Assembly (NCBI RefSeq): GCF_000315625.1
Contig: NW_005434446.1
Location: 1-59,262, forward strand
DNA: 59,262 nt
Direction: 5' to 3'
Source: Guillardia theta CCMP2712
Taxonomy: Eukaryota > Protista > Cryptophyta
Below are positions 54,359-59,262 of the stretch, in pieces. A model generated the notes under the pieces. The model saw nothing but the letters and a program-made list of their open reading frames with translations. It was not told where the DNA came from and did not search any database. The translations under genes were made by a program, and so were the position numbers. Positions within the stretch are counted from its first letter, which is position 1. Each line of letters starts with the position of its first letter.

Positions 54359-56087
54359 ATCGGAGTTCTCCGACATGTCGCGCATATGGCTGGTCCTCGT
54401 CATGTGTCTCGCTGCCTTGGGTCTTTCGCGAGGAGAGTGGAGGGCAGACACGCATGGACTTGCGATGCTTGAGGAGACGAAATTGTTGAGTCTGGACGCG
54501 AGACCCTCTGCACAGGTACAGCATGTGACGAGTGCGCCAAGTCTCACTCGCCATGGCAGCTCTGCCCGTCATGCTCGCAGACTCCTTCCGTGAAGATGAA
54601 CCGCAAGTTTCTCCCGACCAACACCGTCCTCGTTCCTCTGCGCGCCCGTCGAGATGACGGCAAGTTGGCTGGACCTCCTTGTCAGGTGAGAAGCTCGGTC
54701 AGCAGGTCTCCAGCTGACGGGTGACTGTAGCGATGCGTCGCCGACAGCGAGACTCGTTACGCCCTCCTCCACAAGCCCGCAGACCCTCCCAAGCAGCGGA
54801 TGCAGGAGCGAGACCAAGCTTCCTTCACCCTCCACCCTCTCGCCCTTGTGCGACGCTGCGTCAGTCTTGTGCTCCTCCGCCTGCTGAAGGCCGCGGCAGA
54901 GCTGCGCTGGGCGAGCAGCAAGTCGACGCTGCTCCTCGCGAGGGTGGTGGGGCATCTCATCTCGCAGTACCTGGAGGATGACGAGGCCAAGTCAAGGCCT
55001 GGCACCTGGTGGCAGCGCGTAACGAGCTCAAGCCACCTGCTCTACATGCGGGAGGCGGCGCTCATGGGGTTGCTTGAGCATGTCGACTGTCCGGTGGAGA
55101 AGGAAAGGAGGGAGCTGGACGTGGACGCGATTTGCGGGAGAACCCTCCGCCTGTGCGGACAAGACGCGGTGCGGAGTCTGGTGTCGCAGCTGTCGGGCAG
55201 TCTGCGGGTGTCCCTGGGCCTGCTCAACACTGCGCTGCTGTGCTTGAGCTTTGTGGGGGTGAAGGTGGCAGGAGGAAGATACACAGTGACAGAGACGAGC
55301 GTCAACGTCAACGGCATGTTCTGCCAGGGACTCGGCGAGGTGGGAGGGGGAGGGCACGACAACCCGCTGCCCAGCATCTTCGGACGACGAGACGACGACG
55401 AGATGTGCGCCCTGCATGCGCTGCTCGATGTGCCTTTCAACCTGGTGGACTCGCTGCTGGGGATGCAGGGGATCTTGTCAGCCTCTGGCCGCTGTGCGGT
55501 CAAGGACGAGCTGGTGATCCAGGTGACGAGCGAGCAGGCGCGAGGGGACCAGTGACGATTCGCAGGCTGCGAGGAGAGGAGCGCGTCTGGAGGGTCACAG
55601 CCTCGGGACGTTGGACGCTCGTCTGATGAAGGCGAGCATGGGATGGGCAGGTCCCGTCGTCTTGCTTGCTCCTCCCTTCCCTGGAGGTTGGGAGGCCGGA
55701 GTGCAGACTGTCTGCGCTCATAGCGATCCTGTCTGCTTCGGCCCAGCTGCTCCTGTGCTGGGCCTTGCTAAGGAGGTGAGAAGAGTTGGCAGAGGAGAAG
55801 GGCATGGGCGTGAGACGCGAGGCAGGTGCATCGGATCCCAGGACGAGGCATCGGGATCGTCCACAGCAGGAGGAGGTACAAGGACTACCTGAGGAGTCTG
55901 ACGTCGTGGGACGCAAAGGATGGCGAAGTCTCGACTCAGATGACTTCGAGCTGGCAAATGTCGTTCATGATGCTTCCTGGACGCCTGCTGGAATGGCTGC
56001 TCGGGTCCTTGTCGTGGAACTTGTCAAGCTCGGCAGTGGCTCGTCGCTTGTGAAGCCGCCAGGAGAGCTTGTTGTCCTTGTACATTA
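54359..56087 (+). CDS. Hypothetical multi-exon protein
   Basis: 251-aa open stretch 54800..55555 with host-like codon usage plus flanking exon-like pieces; boundaries uncertain. Confidence 0.45.
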
Positions 56088-56612
56088 GTGCACTTCAGTT
56101 TGCCTTTCAACGAACCCGCCTCAAAGATAATTATAATCAAATAAAAAGGCAGTAAATGTGCCCTTAGAATTCAAACCTTATTCTATTTGCTGCCCTGTCA
56201 GGATCAGCAAACCTACCTCAAACAGAAGGGGACGTAACGGTAGTAACTGCTCGGTATTTTCAGAATGGGATGGACATGAAGGAGGGAGAGAAGCGAAGGG
56301 AGAAGAGAAGAGAAGACGGGACGGGACAGGACAGGACGGGACGGGACAGGGCAGGACAGGAGAAGAGAGGAGAGAATAGAAGAGGGGAGGGGAGACAGAG
56401 CAGGAGATACGAGGAGAGGAGAAGACAGGACAGGCAAGGAGAGAAGAAGGAGACGACACGAGAGAGGAGAGGCGACAGTAGAGGAGGGTCAAGAGAGGAA
56501 GGCAGTAGTTGTGTTGCTCTTGCATCTCATCGAAGTGAAGGCGGCATAAGCAGGCTGATGCTCACTTGCGGCGATTGAGGGCAGGAGGAGGAGGTTGAAA
56601 GAGGGAGCAGCG

Positions 56613-58615
56613 ATGGGGGAGATCGTGCTTCCCATCACGAGTCCTCTGCACCTCACCAGGTGAGTCTCCAGTCGCATCAAGCTTGTTGGATGTTTGACGT
56701 GAGTCCAACAGCGCGCAAGACATCTCCGAGCTGAACATCCACCTGAGGTGAGAACTTCGCCGCTGAGGCAGCTGACGAGGGATGCAGGTACTCGCAGCTG
56801 GTCAAGGCGTATGAGAGTCTGCAGCACGAGAAGCAGGAGGCCGAGAAGAAGTACGAGTACCAGCTGAGCGCCATGCGGCAGCTGCTCAAGCGACGAGACT
56901 CGTCGGATCTCAAGGCTGGTCTCGCCCCGAGACAGGCGACCAACGCGAAGGAGGAGGGAGACGAGAAGAGGCTGGTGCAGGAGCTGCGGAGGCGACTGGT
57001 AGAGCAGCAGAACAAGATGGAAAGCTTGCAGGGCGATCTGCTGCTTGCGGTGGATCAAGGAATCAAATATCGGGAGAGCCTGCGGCGGATGGTGGAGTTT
57101 CAAGAAACGAGAGAGAAGGAGGAGGTGCTTGAGAGCGAGAGAGGTGAGAACAAGAGGCTGATGAGCAGGAATCTCCAGCTGAACTCCGAGCTGATGCGCT
57201 TGAGCCGTGCCAACGACGAGCAGCAGGAGCACATGGAGCAGCAGCAGCAAGACATTGCGGGTTTGCGCTTGCTGCTGGCAGGCACTCGGGAGCAGCTGGA
57301 GGAGCAGCTGAAGGAGGCGAGGGACCTGACCGTCACGCTCGCCGACGTCATGGCCCAGCTCGACCAGGACAAGTTCGACGCCACGTCAGCCAGAGAGAAG
57401 ACGCGCAAGATGGTGGACCAGGTCACTCAGAGCTGCTCAGCCATGATCGGGGAGCTGAGAATGTCCGTCCTCGAGTGCGTCGGCATGCGGACGCGCTTGG
57501 AAGCCGCTCACGAGTCCGAGAGAACCCCAGCTCAGCTGGACAGGCAGCAGGAGCAGATCCAGGCGGCCACAAACTTCCTACGAACTCTAGAGGGAGACAT
57601 CTACAGCATCTGCGAGCTGGTGAAAGAAAGCAAGCCAGACGTGAGCTGGTTCGAACGAGAATGGAGGCGAGTGAGCGAGGAGACGGAGGAGCTGGAGGGG
57701 AGGAAGGAGGAGAGCCGCCAGCTGATGGCCGCCTGCTCCGACAAGACTCAAACCATCGCTGACCTGCAGGCTGAGCTCGGCGAGGTGCGAAGCAGCCTAG
57801 ACCGCAAACTCACAGCGATGGCAGCGACGAACGAGAAACTGGAAGCGGAAAGAGCTGAGAAAGAGAAGCAGCTGGAGCATGCGCGGAGGGAGCTGGAAAA
57901 GGTCAGGGACGAGGCCTCGTGGCGCCTGCAGCAGCGACAGAAGGAGGCGGAGGTGCTGACACGCGAACGCGAGGAGCTCGAGCAGAAGCTGCGAGCCAAG
58001 TCGGTGGAATGCGAAGCGATGAAGATGAAGGCGAAGGAGGCGGAGGAGGCGAAGGCGAAGGTGATGGACGACTTGCACAAGCTGAGAAGCGAACAAGCTC
58101 GAGGGCGCGACGAGGAGGTCGAGAAGCTGCTGGAGATCGCGCGATGCAAGTCGGAGGTGAGCGAGAAGTTGGAGCGAGAGCTGGCGGAGGAGGCAGAGAA
58201 GCGCGAGGAGCTGGCGCAGGCGCTGCGAGAGGCTCAGGAGGAGACGTCGCATGTGAGGCTGCAGCGCCTGCGGGACGAGGAGGAGGGGAGGCGAGAGAGG
58301 CGAAGGCTTGAGCGCGAGAAGGAGCTGCTGACGAACGCGCGAGAGGAGTGGACGAAGAGGGAGGAGCGCTGGAGAAACGAGCTTGACATGCTGCTGCGAA
58401 GCAACGAAGAGCTGCGAGTGCAAGTTGAGACATTCAACTCCCAAGCAGCGAAGGCTAAGGAGGAAGAGAGGGAGAAGGAGGAGAGGGAGAAGGAGGAGAG
58501 AGAGAAGGAGGAGAGAGAGAAAACCCAACAGAATTCGGAGAAATCTCAATCAGATGCGTTACAAACACCAGCAAGACCTACAAGACTCTCGAAGATCGAT
58601 GATGAAGTGAGTTGA
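56613..58615 (+). CDS. Long coiled-coil protein
   Basis: 580-aa E/R/K/L-rich heptad ORF 56873..58615 with short upstream exons. Confidence 0.8.
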
Positions 58616-59262
58616 TGCTATTTCCCTTCCCCTTCCCCTCTTTGTCACTTTATCATGATTGTTCCTCCTCCTCCTCCTCCTCCTCTTCCAGCTTTGTCTT
58701 TCAGCATTTCACCTGTTCCTCCCCTCTCTTTGTCTTTCAGCATTTCACCTGTTCCTCCCCTCTCATCTCGCTTTCCTTCAGCTCCCTGGCATGGACGGAA
58801 CTTTTCTCCCCGACACCCCTGAGCTGGATCAGAGGGAGTGGGAGGAAGCGATAGCCCAGGTGCGAGCAGTCGGGCAAGGAGGGAAGAGGGAGGAGGAGGA
58901 GGAGGAGGAGGAGGAGGTGGAGGAGGAGGAGGAAGTGGTGGTGGTGGTGGTGGTGGTGGATAAATATGTCGACGACGTGGGAGGAAGAGGAGGAAGAGGA
59001 GCGTCAATAGGAGGGAGTCTTAGACCAAGCTACGCAACGTTAAGAGCGACCCCACATCACTAAAACAACAATTGGTAACGATAGGATGGGGTGTCTGGGC
59101 TGAAGAAAAGAAATTCGAGAGACTCAAGGAGATAACGAGTAAACAATTTTCATTCTCTTCAAGGAAGCGTTTGTTTGATTGACTAGTGCGATGCGCCTAA
59201 TGTCACCCCGATGTGAGGAATAATGGTGATCTCCTGCCCGTTTGTTCTGGTTGACTACTATC

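Overview
Eukaryotic, probably subtelomeric window. The TTTAGGG repeats, short GT-AG introns and a bipartite plastid-targeting presequence suggest an alga with a secondary plastid, such as a cryptophyte (inference). It has four zones. (1) 1-5055: a head-to-tail array of a ~2.7-kb element with one ORF and no reverse transcriptase; the two visible 3' ends carry (TAA)n tails fused to short telomeric tracts. (2) 5056-12726: nested LTR retrotransposons, namely the 3' half of a Ty3/gypsy chromovirus and an internally deleted Ty1/copia with apparently identical 490-bp LTRs and no target-site duplication. (3) 12727-~31050: an intronless, partly decayed, virus-like gene island (glycosyltransferases, Cys/Gly-rich surface proteins, a WASP/WAVE-like protein, an RWP-RK protein, many tandem repeats) whose genes share upstream and downstream motifs. 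(4) 31177-end: host genes (ROCO-TIR, ZNF598/Hel2-like, TPR, TRAPPC12-like, plastid FKBP, ankyrin-CS, coiled-coil), with N gaps at 48941-49040 and 50279-50677. The main finding is that the apparent ~108-bp satellite at 31.5-32.9 kb reads as 14 consecutive 3-nt (single-codon), phase-0 microexons separated by homologous introns. They feed into the Cys/His-rich N-terminus of the LRR-Roc-COR-TIR gene, making this a candidate codon-by-codon diversification system in an immune-receptor-like protein.
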